In this document: one piece after another, positions 1-9,792 of the stretch
How the letters are laid out: the number at the start of each line of letters is the position of its first letter
How positions within the stretch are numbered: position 1 is the first letter of the stretch
Assembly: GCA_963796685.1 (NCBI GenBank)
Contig: CAWCMR010000025.1
Span: 1,088,001-1,152,000 of the forward strand
Direction of reading: 5' to 3'
DNA from: an uncultured delta proteobacterium
GTDB taxonomy: Bacteria > Myxococcota_A > Polyangia > Fen-1088
Length of the DNA: 64,000 bases
Translations under genes and position numbers: made by a program
Notes under the pieces: generated by a model
The model's database searches: none
Told to the model about the DNA's origin: nothing
Seen by the model: only the letters and a program-made list of their open reading frames with translations

Positions 1-491
1 CCGACTGCCAGGTAGGCGCTAATGCGTCGGTAAAGGAACCTGAGCATGCGATCCCTCACCACTTCCTTGAACTTTCCGCGGTCATGGACGCGGTCATTGC
101 TATCGGCCCGGATCAGGATAGGGATCTTGCAAGCCAGCGCTGTGAAGATGGCCTGACAGTCCAGGAGTGCGGCGCCGTAGCTCATCAGCAACACCGCGTC
201 GAAGTTTCCCTTCGGCAGTTTCCAAAGGAGTGAGGGGCAATTGTATTTAAGAAAAGTTCGGTTGCCAACGCTTACGCCCCAATTCTTCAAGAAGGTGTAC
301 TTGTACCCTTCCAGCAGCGGGATGTCCCACGACACTGGTACTCCAAAATCAGGATCAATCCCTCCTTTCACGCTTTCGTCAGAGGCGAAAAACACCGTGA
401 GGTCGATCTCCGGATCCTTGGCTAGCTCCTGGAAGACCGGCGTCTGATATTGGATGGGATGACTAATCACAACCGCCAGGTGGCAAGTCAT
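1..491 (-). CDS. Glycosyltransferase family 4 (runs off window start)
   Basis: Manual translation from ATG at 491: MTCHLAVVISHPIQYQTPVFQELAKDPEIDLTVFF...DPDFGVPVSWDIPLLEGYKY, a typical GT4 N-terminus; not in the ORF track because it is truncated. Confidence 0.85.
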   Translation of the reverse strand, partial: MTCHLAVVISHPIQYQTPVFQELAKDPEIDLTVFFASDESVKGGIDPDFGVPVSWDIPLLEGYKYTFLKNWGVSVGNRTFLKYNCPSLLWKLPKGNFDAVLLMSYGAALLDCQAIFTALACKIPILIRADSNDRVHDRGKFKEVVRDRMLRFLYRRISAYLAV

Positions 492-556
492 ATTTGTCCC
501 TTTAGTTATCTTCCCCTCCATTCTTGGTCCTTTGAGCGGTCATCAGAAACGTGCTT

Positions 557-1936
557 CTACCTTCGTTGGACTGGACGGAGTTGATTGTGATGTTCGATCC
601 TGTCGCCCTCTGCCATCCCGACGACCATGCCGACGTTTAGCCAGATCATGAAGATCGAAAAATAGAGCCAGATCATCGAGTGTGAAAAGAGAAACGACAC
701 CAAAGAACCGAGCAGAAAACCGAAGATGGAGTAGTACAATGACAGCTTCAGCTGGCCGTGGAGGTAGCGGCGCGCCTGCAACATCATAGTGATGCCTCCG
801 GCCATCACTACCACCACTGCCAACAGGCCTGGCACACCCAGTTCCCAGTAGAGGGCGCCCAGACCTCCCTCCGGAACCTCGCCGGATTCATCGGACAGGA
901 ACTGGGCGCCGACGGCACCGTAACCAATCCCCGCGCCCAAGGGCCCGACGCTGCTGGCGGCGTCCTGCAGGCCGATTACGGTCATATCTTCGAACCTCGA
1001 AGATGACTCCTCCGAGGTGTCCATGACAAACCGATTGAAGAAGTCGTCAAAGGTTCCAGGCGCGCGCTGGTGGAAAATGAAACCGCCGACCACCGAAACC
1101 GCGACCAGGAGCACCAGCGCGCCAACCGCCTTCTTGACCAAGATCTTGCGCTGAGAGAAGACCAGGCCCATCTGGAACAACAGCACTCCACCAAACAAGA
1201 GTAGGCCCTTTCTCCGTATGCCAAGCAGGCTGGTCACGAAGAAGGCCAGAGCCAAGATGACGTTGTGCCGTCGGCGGTCTCCGTGAATAGCCAGGGTGAT
1301 GCTGTACATAAAGGCCAGCGCCAGACAAAATACCATCGGCTCCATTGCCTGGAAGAAGCCACTGTACTGGATGAGGCCCAACCCTCTTTGGACAACATTG
1401 AGCTTATCGTCATAGAGGTGGCCAGTGTAACCGATGCCGGACTTGATTTGCTCGCCGTAAACAAATTCCATCCACACCCCTACGATCTGGATGGAGGACA
1501 TCAAGACATAGTTCCTCATGAACTCAATGATCGCCTCTTCGGAGCGGAGACAATCCTGTGTTAGAAGGAAAACCGGTGCAAAGAACAGATAAGTGAAGAA
1601 GCCGAGGGTGGTGACGAGAATGTTGAGCTCGTGGGCGTGACCAGCCGTGCTCAAGACAAGGACGAGCACCAAGGGCATAGCCGAAAGGAGAAACGGCCAA
1701 GCCCATTGTGGATAATTGCCGACGAGGCCTCTCCAGCGGTATAGAATATAGAGGATTGCAACCATGCTGGTAAAAAGCAGCTGCAGGTAGGGCGGCGAGC
1801 CGGGTAGTATCTTCCTAAGTGGGTCCTGGACGAAATAGAATGAGACCACACACAGCAGATACTTCACTTCTACATGCTTGGCACGGAACGGGATGGCAAG
1901 CCACAGGGCAATAGCAATGATGGTAACGACTATCAA
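557..1936 (-). CDS. Polytopic membrane protein, Wzy/O-antigen polymerase- or ligase-like
   Basis: 459 aa with many hydrophobic segments; loop motif PLGAGIG...EGGLGALYWELGVPG; lies among glycosyltransferases. Confidence 0.7.
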   Translation of the reverse strand: MIVVTIIAIALWLAIPFRAKHVEVKYLLCVVSFYFVQDPLRKILPGSPPYLQLLFTSMVAILYILYRWRGLVGNYPQWAWPFLLSAMPLVLVLVLSTAGHAHELNILVTTLGFFTYLFFAPVFLLTQDCLRSEEAIIEFMRNYVLMSSIQIVGVWMEFVYGEQIKSGIGYTGHLYDDKLNVVQRGLGLIQYSGFFQAMEPMVFCLALAFMYSITLAIHGDRRRHNVILALAFFVTSLLGIRRKGLLLFGGVLLFQMGLVFSQRKILVKKAVGALVLLVAVSVVGGFIFHQRAPGTFDDFFNRFVMDTSEESSSRFEDMTVIGLQDAASSVGPLGAGIGYGAVGAQFLSDESGEVPEGGLGALYWELGVPGLLAVVVVMAGGITMMLQARRYLHGQLKLSLYYSIFGFLLGSLVSFLFSHSMIWLYFSIFMIWLNVGMVVGMAEGDRIEHHNQLRPVQRR

Positions 1937-2575
1937 CCTTCAACCGCCTCTGCGTCTCTTCTCCGCAACGATATGACTAGGTGCGATGTCTGACAAAGCC
2001 TTGCCCCGCGGATGGTCGTAGTCTCGTAGTTTTGTCTAATCAAAGCGTCCCAAACACCGCGAGCCTGCTTTTCGCCGTGCAACCCAATCAGCCAGACCGG
2101 TGGACGGTCACGCTCGAAGAGCTTCATGCGGCCGAGGATTGCGTCGAGGTCCGCGCCTTCCACGTCCATCTTGATAATGTGCGGTGCACGATGATCCTTG
2201 GTTCCTCGCTGTTTGAAATGGATTGATTGAGCGCTGAAATGCCTTGGACTTCTCGGTGCCAGCGCCGGGCAACGGTGGCAAGGCCAAGCGGCCTGCGGCC
2301 GTCGCTTCGCGAGCCTTGACACCATCGTCCCGTCGCTGGCGGAGCGCATTTATGCGTGCATGCCGCGGGCATGCCCGCGTGAACGGCAGGCCAAGGCGTA
2401 CAGCAGATGGGGGCGCAGGTGGTCATTTGTTCAGTGGTCGCTGTCCATTTGCAACAGCGAGGAGCCTGATCCTTTAAGAAATCATCGAGCGTGGCAACCC
2501 GCACAGCAATGCACCTTTCGATTCTTGAACTGAACGTGCCCATCGTCCTTTCACCTTTCCCATGATACCAGCACC
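1933..2575 (-). pseudogene. FkbM-family methyltransferase remnant interrupted by a MITE
   Basis: Removing 2200-2466 and one TSD copy restores VRVATLDDFLKDHRAPHIIKMDVEGAD, a FkbM motif; the N-terminal part is not recognisable. Confidence 0.8.
2200..2466. mobile_element. 267-bp MITE or internally deleted IS with ISL3-like ends
   Basis: 23-bp terminal inverted repeats GGTTCCTCGCTGTTTGAAATGGA / GGCTCCTCGCTGTTGCAAATGGA (3 mismatches); 8-bp TSD TGATCCTT at 2192-2199 and 2467-2474; no transposase. Confidence 0.9.
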
Positions 2576-2589
2576 CTCCCCCGCGGGTG

Positions 2590-2787
2590 TCAAATCCACC
2601 GCGTTTGTCCGCTGGTCTGCCCGGGGCGATAATCCCCCACGCTACTGTAAGTGCCACGAATCCGATTGCGATGGGCGCTTCTTAGCGCTTCCTCCTTAGT
2701 CATTCCCCCGTGCGTAGACGCCTTGCAGCCAGGATACCCTGACAGGAACGTCGTGACAGAAGAACACGTCGCGGTTTTCTTGCCCAT
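2590..2787 (-). pseudogene. HicB-like antitoxin remnant
   Basis: PGCKASTHGGMTKEEALRSA resembles the HicB motif PGCxTxGxTxEEAL; degenerate. Confidence 0.4.
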
Positions 2788-2908
2788 TGAGTCGTCCTAC
2801 GATTGCCTCCAGGATCTTGAGTAGGAGTGCCTGGAGATCGCTAAGTTGCCGCGCGTCGCTCTCCCCACTGCATCCGATGTCGTGGTCACGGCGTCTGCCT
2901 GGCCGGCG

Positions 2909-4357
2909 TCACCACAGCCTTCGCACCTGGCCGTTCAAGGCCACTTCGATAGCGGGCCCCTCCCCGCGCCGACACTCGTCGGGGCTGGTGACGACCTGAA
3001 AGGTTACTTGGTGCCGCCATCCCCAATGCATTCTTCCCGCCAGACCGCAGTTCGACGCGATTCCGGGCGGCGCTTCATAGACCGAGTAGCCGAACCTCCC
3101 AGAGGGCTGCTCGCAAACCGCACAGATGTGGTCGGGCACGTCACGACCGATGATGTCCGCGACCTTGCTTCCTACCACGGCGGATAACCTTCCGACCTCC
3201 ACCATGGCTGCCAGCTTGTGTGCGTTGCCCACCAGGCAGGCGAGTATGGCGAGAAGAGCGACCATGGGGGCCAGCCGGTTCAAGGCCGACGCAACTCGAG
3301 CAGAAGAATACTTGTGGCCAATTAGCATGATGGCAAGAACCGCGGCCGGACGTTGCGCATACATCTCGCCGACGTGCCCCATGACGCAGAATGGGGAGAC
3401 CACGGCGAGACTCACGCAGGCCGCGAGCAGCCATTGGTGAGCTGTCCATGACCTCCTTGCGCGACCCAAGAAGATGACCAGAAGCGGCAGACCTAAGGCC
3501 AAAGTCAAAAAGGCCAACCACATCTTGGGTTTCGGAGAGAGGAGCGCGAGCGTGTCTACGGTGCTCAGCGCCATGCCAACGATCATGGCGGCATGTTTGG
3601 CGAGGGTGATCGGGTTGAAGCCGACACCGTAGCGTTCACCAGGGACGCCCAGCGAGACGCTGCCCAAAAGCAGAAACCTAGCTGCAAAGTACAACGCGAC
3701 GCACAATATGCCAATTGCCAGCTCCTCCCCACAGCGCATGTAGACCTGCCGCAGGCTTACTTCAAAGTGGGTACGCGCGAATGCCTTCAGCAACGGCGCG
3801 GCCGCGAACCAAGCGATCCCCCCTTCGTTCCACAGCACGGACACCATGGCAAAGATCAACCACCCTGCGTACGAACCCAGCGTAGCCTTGTCGCCACGGA
3901 TGAGGATGGCGGCAGATGCCAGGCCAAAGACGTTGGACCATACCTGGTTTTCGCTGTCGACGGACCACACGGCTGCTCCCACAGCGGGCGCTAGGGCATA
4001 GGCAAGGGCCGCCAGCAGCGAGCTCCTGCGCGAGCCTCCACACTGCCGGGTCAAGATGCTGACTAGGCCTACGGCGGCGAGATGGCCGAGGGCGTTCGTG
4101 GCATGCACGAAACCTGGATAGGGAAAGGCAAAGGCCACGACCCTAAAGAGGTGTTGAAACGGCCGCCAGAGCATGAAATCAGGGAGCAGCAGATTCCAAG
4201 AGAACGTGGAAATGGGCGCACTGGCCACCCAATCATCCATGGCAGGCATCACCCAAAACGCCGGGATGGTCATGAGTGCCCAAGCGAGGATGACGAGCGC
4301 GACCAAGAGGTGATGAGCGCCGTCAGGCGAGTTGCGTGCGGTCTCTCTGGTCGGCAT
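2909..4357 (-). CDS. Polytopic membrane protein, possibly GT-C/GtrII-like
   Basis: ORF 2909..4480; start moved to ATG 4357 to avoid overlap with the divergent gene; MDDW...WRPF motif after the first TM helix; many TM helices. Confidence 0.6.
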   Translation of the reverse strand: MPTRETARNSPDGAHHLLVALVILAWALMTIPAFWVMPAMDDWVASAPISTFSWNLLLPDFMLWRPFQHLFRVVAFAFPYPGFVHATNALGHLAAVGLVSILTRQCGGSRRSSLLAALAYALAPAVGAAVWSVDSENQVWSNVFGLASAAILIRGDKATLGSYAGWLIFAMVSVLWNEGGIAWFAAAPLLKAFARTHFEVSLRQVYMRCGEELAIGILCVALYFAARFLLLGSVSLGVPGERYGVGFNPITLAKHAAMIVGMALSTVDTLALLSPKPKMWLAFLTLALGLPLLVIFLGRARRSWTAHQWLLAACVSLAVVSPFCVMGHVGEMYAQRPAAVLAIMLIGHKYSSARVASALNRLAPMVALLAILACLVGNAHKLAAMVEVGRLSAVVGSKVADIIGRDVPDHICAVCEQPSGRFGYSVYEAPPGIASNCGLAGRMHWGWRHQVTFQVVTSPDECRRGEGPAIEVALNGQVRRLW

Positions 4358-4464
4358 TCGAGGCTGTCCGCAGTCTACAACGATGCGGGCTGGCAGAGCA
4401 CGCGATTCAACCCAAGACGGGTCGGACTGACCGAACGACACTGGTGCCCAGGTAGTGTTATTGT

Positions 4465-5625
4465 ATGGCCGCTTTGTCAACGGTAGTCGCCCTCGTTACG
4501 GATGCCTTTGGTGGATTCGGCGGAATCGCGCAGTACACTCGCGATTTTCTGACAGCGTTGGCCGAATCGCCTCGAGTTCGGCGCGTCGTAGCCATACCGC
4601 GCGCTATCCAGGGTCCTGCCGAGGGCGTCCCCGCACTCGTGGACTATCGAGCCGAGGCGGTTGGCGGTCTACGCAATTTTGCGCTCGCCTGCTCGAAGAC
4701 TATGTTCAACGACCCGCCGGCACTTATCCTGTGCGGGCACGTCAATCTGCTGCCCTTTGCCGTGCCCCTGGCCCTACGCCATCGAACCTCTCTGGCACTC
4801 ATGGTCTACGGTATTGACGTTTGGCAACCGCCGCGTCTGGCGTCTCGCTTGATGCTAAGGCGAGTCGATCATTACGTGTCCATCAGTCGGCTAACGATCG
4901 ACAAGATGTTGACCTGGACCGACATGCCGGATCGAGTTCCGCTGACCATCGTGCCCAACGCCGTGGATCTGGATCGATTCGGTGCATCTACAGACAAACC
5001 GCGTGAGTTGCTGGACCGATACGGCCTGCACGGCAAGCGTGTCATCATGACCTTGGGCCGCTTCGTGGCGAGGGAACGCTACAAGGGCGTACGAGAGGTC
5101 CTCGATGTACTGCCGGAGCTGATCGGTCGGGATCCCGACATTAGATACCTGGTTGTGGGCGACGGAAGCGATATGCCAAGCATCCGCCATCACGCGGAGT
5201 TGCTCAAGATAGCGGACCACGTGATTTTCGCAGGTCGTATCAATGAGGCAGAAAAAGTGGCGCACTACCAAGTGGCTGATGCCTACGTCATGCCCGGCCG
5301 TGGCGAGGGTTTCGGGTTTGTGTTCCTTGAAGCCATGGCCTGTGGCGTCCCGGTGGTTGCCAGTGTGCTGGATGGAAGCCGTGAGGCGGTTCGTTTCGGC
5401 GCCCTGGGCGAGCTTTGTGATCCACGCGACCCGCCAGCCATCATATCCGCGATTTTGAGAGCCTTGGCCAAAGGCAGGGGAGCACCCCCCGAAGGGCTTG
5501 ACTACTTCGGCATGCCGAACTTCAGGAGCCGCGTTCATCAATTCGCGGATACCGTGATGACCGCGGGGCCCAGGCCTCGCTTGCGCAAACCGCTGCCGCT
5601 TCGGGCCCCGCCGGTCTACCGATAA
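4465..5625 (+). CDS. Glycosyltransferase family 4
   Basis: GGFGGIAQY N-terminus; RYKG and EGFGFVFLEAMACGVPVV GT4 motifs. Confidence 0.92.
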   Translation: MAALSTVVALVTDAFGGFGGIAQYTRDFLTALAESPRVRRVVAIPRAIQGPAEGVPALVDYRAEAVGGLRNFALACSKTMFNDPPALILCGHVNLLPFAVPLALRHRTSLALMVYGIDVWQPPRLASRLMLRRVDHYVSISRLTIDKMLTWTDMPDRVPLTIVPNAVDLDRFGASTDKPRELLDRYGLHGKRVIMTLGRFVARERYKGVREVLDVLPELIGRDPDIRYLVVGDGSDMPSIRHHAELLKIADHVIFAGRINEAEKVAHYQVADAYVMPGRGEGFGFVFLEAMACGVPVVASVLDGSREAVRFGALGELCDPRDPPAIISAILRALAKGRGAPPEGLDYFGMPNFRSRVHQFADTVMTAGPRPRLRKPLPLRAPPVYR

Positions 5626-5680
5626 TCTGTCATGTGCGCCAACAGCGGTAATTTGCGGCGTCACCTGGGCATCACCAACC

Positions 5681-7192
5681 ATGGGTAGACAATCGGAAAA
5701 TGTGAGGACGCGGATTCTCCTCCTGATCCTCGGGCTTGGTGGCTTGTGCTTCGTCGTGTGCTGGCCGGCAGCGGAGCGGATGGCTTTCAGCGCGAAGAAC
5801 CTCGGTTTTTATGTCTACTCGCGCGTTACCCTGGATCTATCGCAGCAAATGATCGAGGCCTGGAATTACGGCTTGTTCAGGCCTTTGGATGTGCTGGCCA
5901 GCAGGCTGGGCGATCCGATCGGCAGGTCAGCTCTGGCTTCGCTGCTTTTGCATCTTCCGGCGCTTGCCGCGACTGTCGGCGGTCTCGCCCTCCTTGTTAG
6001 GCGCCTCTTCAGCGCTTCCGGAACGGCGTTCTTGACGGCGTTCTTGTCGGCGTTCTCGTGGTGGCTGCTGAACCCTGGGACCACGGTGGCGCTCTGGCAG
6101 CCGGACACCGTGAGTCAGAGTTGGAGCGGCGCCGCTGGCCTATGGCTAGTGATCTTCTTGTGGTCGGCGGTGCAACGAATCAATAGCGGCCAGTCCATCA
6201 GCCGTTTCCTCGCGGCGGAAGTCTTCATCTGCCTCATCGGCGTGCTGACGAAGGAGACCTTCCTGGGCTGGGCCGCGTCCGGGGGTCTCCTGTTGGCGGT
6301 TCTTTGGCTGAAGAGCGCGGTTGAAGGCCGGAAGACCTCAGCGAAGCATTGGCTCGCGTTGTTTACTCCGATTGTTCTTGTCCCGTCGCTCTATCTTGTT
6401 GCGCGGTTCTACTGGGGCGGGCTTGGCGTGATGCTTTCCGATCCCGGCGGCAGATATACCCTCCATCTGGGTTTCACTCTGGTCAAGAACACGATCACCG
6501 CTGCTGCGGGATTCTTGTGCGTCGGCCCGGTGCATCTGGTCAGCGTTCGGAATGCCAGCCTGCTTTTGCGCAGTCTGCCCTTCATCGGCATACTGCTTAC
6601 CGTTGGGATCGTATTGCTTCCCTTGGGTGCCCTACGGTTCAGCCCAAAGACCGGGGATGGTGCCGTCCGTTGGTTCGACGCCTATCTGATTGCGATGGCC
6701 TGTTTTGCGAGTCTCTCACCCACGTTGCCTTCCGGTGGGTTCTCGGAGCTGTATCTGATGGGGCCCAACGTCGGGGTTGCTTTGCTGGTCGGGATGAGCC
6801 TCGCGTCTGCGTTCGCGCACAGAGAAGCCAGGCGGACTCTTTACGTGGTGATTGCCGTTGCATTGTTCTCAACCGGTTGGTTCGGCCTGGTTTCCCGCGC
6901 CAAATGCTTTGCCGTGACCTGGAAAGCCAGCAGACATTACAATCAGGAGCTCATGAGTCTTCAGCAGGGGCTTCACAGCGGCGCAGCGCCAACAAGAGTC
7001 ATGCTGCGGAGGAACTGCGCGGAAGGCCCGGTCCACAGCGTTTACGTACTGCCGCCCGCGGAAGCGTTGAACGTCGGCGCTACGGAGAGGCTGCTCAACC
7101 ACCTCCATCCGGATAAGAAGCTAGAGATCTTTGTCGAACCGGACAAGCGCTGGCCTTCACCGAGGGTCCTTGAGGTCGACTGTTCTCAATGA
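5681..7192 (+). CDS. Polytopic membrane protein, GT-C-like
   Basis: 503 aa, multiple TM helices, FRPL and TKET motifs; architecture similar to 2909-4357. Confidence 0.6.
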   Translation: MGRQSENVRTRILLLILGLGGLCFVVCWPAAERMAFSAKNLGFYVYSRVTLDLSQQMIEAWNYGLFRPLDVLASRLGDPIGRSALASLLLHLPALAATVGGLALLVRRLFSASGTAFLTAFLSAFSWWLLNPGTTVALWQPDTVSQSWSGAAGLWLVIFLWSAVQRINSGQSISRFLAAEVFICLIGVLTKETFLGWAASGGLLLAVLWLKSAVEGRKTSAKHWLALFTPIVLVPSLYLVARFYWGGLGVMLSDPGGRYTLHLGFTLVKNTITAAAGFLCVGPVHLVSVRNASLLLRSLPFIGILLTVGIVLLPLGALRFSPKTGDGAVRWFDAYLIAMACFASLSPTLPSGGFSELYLMGPNVGVALLVGMSLASAFAHREARRTLYVVIAVALFSTGWFGLVSRAKCFAVTWKASRHYNQELMSLQQGLHSGAAPTRVMLRRNCAEGPVHSVYVLPPAEALNVGATERLLNHLHPDKKLEIFVEPDKRWPSPRVLEVDCSQ

Positions 7193-7232
7193 CCGGGTTG
7201 GTATTTGATTTCCTGCTCGTCGGAGACTGTCT

Positions 7233-7898
7233 ATGAGCGAAGAAAAGAACAAGAACGACATAAGCGATTTTTACGAGCGCTACTGGAGCGCGGAGAACCC
7301 AGCCCCGCTAACCGACCCGACCACGCCGGAACGCAAGGCACGTCTCAAAACCGCCATCTCTAGCCTGAGTCCAGGCGCGAGCGTGCTCGATCTGGGCTGC
7401 GGCCGCGGCATCTTCGCGTCCTACCTCGCATCGCTCGGCTGCGCCGCCAGAGGCGTTGACATTTCGCACACCGCGGTTGCCGCGGCAGCCAAGGAGTTCC
7501 CGCAAATCCCCTTCGAGCCACTCCGGCCGGACCTGAGCATCCCAGCGGAAGCGGCCTCGTTCGAAGCGGTGTGGTCAAGTGAGGTCATCGAGCATATCTT
7601 CGATGTCCACGCCCACCTCGCGGAGATCAACCGGGTGTTGAAGCCTGGGGGTCTCTACATTCTGACTACTCCCTACCACGGCAGGCTCAAAGACGTCTTG
7701 GTGTCACTTCTAAAGTTCGACGCGCACTTCGACCCGCAGGGGGCACACATCAGGTTCTTCGATAGGTGCGGCCTAACCCGTTGCCTTGTCGCCGCAGGGT
7801 TTGAGCCAGTGTCCTTCAGCGGCATCGGCAGGCTCTGGAAACTCTACCGAACTTGGTTCGTCGTTGCGAAGAAGGTTTCGCAACCTGGGCCTGGGTAG
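7233..7898 (+). CDS. Class I SAM-dependent methyltransferase
   Basis: VLDLGCGRG, EVIEHI and RVLKPGG motifs. Confidence 0.92.
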   Translation: MSEEKNKNDISDFYERYWSAENPAPLTDPTTPERKARLKTAISSLSPGASVLDLGCGRGIFASYLASLGCAARGVDISHTAVAAAAKEFPQIPFEPLRPDLSIPAEAASFEAVWSSEVIEHIFDVHAHLAEINRVLKPGGLYILTTPYHGRLKDVLVSLLKFDAHFDPQGAHIRFFDRCGLTRCLVAAGFEPVSFSGIGRLWKLYRTWFVVAKKVSQPGPG

Positions 7899-7954
7899 CC
7901 GCACCTTGGGTTGGCGAGGAGGTTTGCAATGACCGAAGTAGCGGACGCATTTAC

Positions 7955-8591
7955 ATGAAAGACTATTCACACGTTCAATACGGATGCGGCATGTCCGCGC
8001 CTCCAGGCTGGCGAAACTTCGATGCTTCACCAACGCTTCGTATCGAGAAGGTTCCCGTGATAGGCAGGCTGTTCACGAGGAAGAGGGTCCAATTCCCCAA
8101 GGAGGCGGAGTATGGGGACATTGTCCGCGGCCTTCCGGTACCACCCGGATCGTGTCAGGGGGTCTATTGCTCGCACGTTCTAGAACACTTGGCCCTGAGT
8201 GACTTCAGGGTGGCGTTGCGCAACACGAGCCGAATCCTGAAGAAAGGTGGCACATTCAGGCTAGTGGTGCCGGACCTGGAGTACCTTGCGAGAAAGTATC
8301 TGAACGATCAATCGCCGACTAGCGCGTCGACTTTCATGGAGGAGAGTGGCCTCGGTTGCCAAACCCGAAACCGCAATCTCGCGGGCATTGTGGCGTCCTA
8401 CTGGGGCAATTCCCGGCACCTTTGGATGTGGGATTTCAAGTCAATCCAATCAGGAGCTCACAAACGCGGGTTTCGACCAAATTCGCAAGGCATATCTCAA
8501 CGACTCTGTAGATCCGCGGTTCCTCGAGGTGGAAGACAAGTCGAGGTGGGAAAACTGTCTTGGCGTCGAATGCAACAAGACGAGCTCGTAG
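7955..8591 (+). CDS. Methyltransferase type 11, +1 frameshift near 8452 (probable sequencing error)
   Basis: QYGCG...WRNFDASPTL...YCSHVLEHL...HLWMWDF continues in another frame as ELTNAGF...CLGVECNK. Confidence 0.8.
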
Positions 8592-8621
8592 GTGGACCCG
8601 CACCTTGGGTGCTGAGACCCA

Positions 8622-9785
8622 TTACTTGGTCCAGTGATAGCGCTGGATCTCCTTCTCATAAACTTGGACCATCTGTCTCGCCACAGTCGGCCAGGTGTAT
8701 TTCTGCCGCACGAGCTCCCTCCCGGCCTCGCCCGCCCTAGCACGAGCCTCGGGCGATGTGACAAAGGGCGCGATCGCGTCGGCGAGCTGTCTTGGCCCGT
8801 TGGCGACCCAGGCCCCACAGCCTAGCTCCCCCAGTTCAGCCCAGGGTGTGCCCAAGCTGGCGACCACGGGTGTTCGCACATTGAGCGCTTCGACGACCAC
8901 GTTGCTAAAGTTCTCCGAGTGTGACGCCACCACCAGAACGCTACAACGGGCATAGAAGCGTAGCTTGTCCTTCCCGTACAGAGGTCCGCACAACTCGAAG
9001 GAGTCAGCCAGCCCCAATCGATTTGCCTGGGCCAGCAGCGAATCACGATAGGCGAGATCTTGAAAGGGGCCAACGAATTGCAGACGTGCTGTCACGCCCT
9101 CTCGCCGAAGTAGATGCAGAGCCTCGATCACACAGTCGACGGCCTTGATGGGATGAAGCCGACCGAGCATGCCGATGATGGGGGGATCGCTCGGGCTTTG
9201 GCCACGAAGCTCGCCAACCTCGGTATCGGTCAGGGGCTCGGTTCCGTTAGGGATGATGACCAGACCACGGTTCGTCCCAAAGGTGTCTTGGATCGCACAC
9301 GCTTCGTGCTGGGCGGTCGCGTGAAAAACCCTAACCTCATCGTATAGGCATGAGAATAGCTGCAGCCAAGCCTGCTTCCTGCCTTGCCTGGTCTGCATGG
9401 CCACGGGCTGGAGAGCACCCCGCACGGAATAGACGATGGGTCTTCCGGCCGCCCGCGCTGCCAGCAACCCAAACACAGAAGGCACACAGAAGACCGTGTT
9501 TATGTGAACCAGATCCGCCCAGCGAGAGGAGTCGACGGCCTCGGGCAGGAGCGAGGGTGCAATGTCTGGCGCGCACCAACGGGGCATGTAGCGAGTCGGC
9601 ACGCCGTTGCGGATGGTCCAGCCGCGGGGGACATCGAGCGTGCGATCCCAATTCGCGTTCGTGGTGACCACCCTCTGCTCGATGCCCAGGTCCGACAGCG
9701 CGGCAACCAGACGTTCGACGCTTTGTATGGGCCCGCCGTAGCCGTAGGCCGGAGCGTACGAAGGTGTCACATGCAGCACTCGCAT
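8622..9785 (-). CDS. Glycosyltransferase family 4
   Basis: MRVLHVTPSYAPAYGYGGP; GRLHPIK; SHSENFSNVVVEAL. Confidence 0.92.
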   Translation of the reverse strand: MRVLHVTPSYAPAYGYGGPIQSVERLVAALSDLGIEQRVVTTNANWDRTLDVPRGWTIRNGVPTRYMPRWCAPDIAPSLLPEAVDSSRWADLVHINTVFCVPSVFGLLAARAAGRPIVYSVRGALQPVAMQTRQGRKQAWLQLFSCLYDEVRVFHATAQHEACAIQDTFGTNRGLVIIPNGTEPLTDTEVGELRGQSPSDPPIIGMLGRLHPIKAVDCVIEALHLLRREGVTARLQFVGPFQDLAYRDSLLAQANRLGLADSFELCGPLYGKDKLRFYARCSVLVVASHSENFSNVVVEALNVRTPVVASLGTPWAELGELGCGAWVANGPRQLADAIAPFVTSPEARARAGEAGRELVRQKYTWPTVARQMVQVYEKEIQRYHWTK

Positions 9786-9792
9786 CCTGGTC

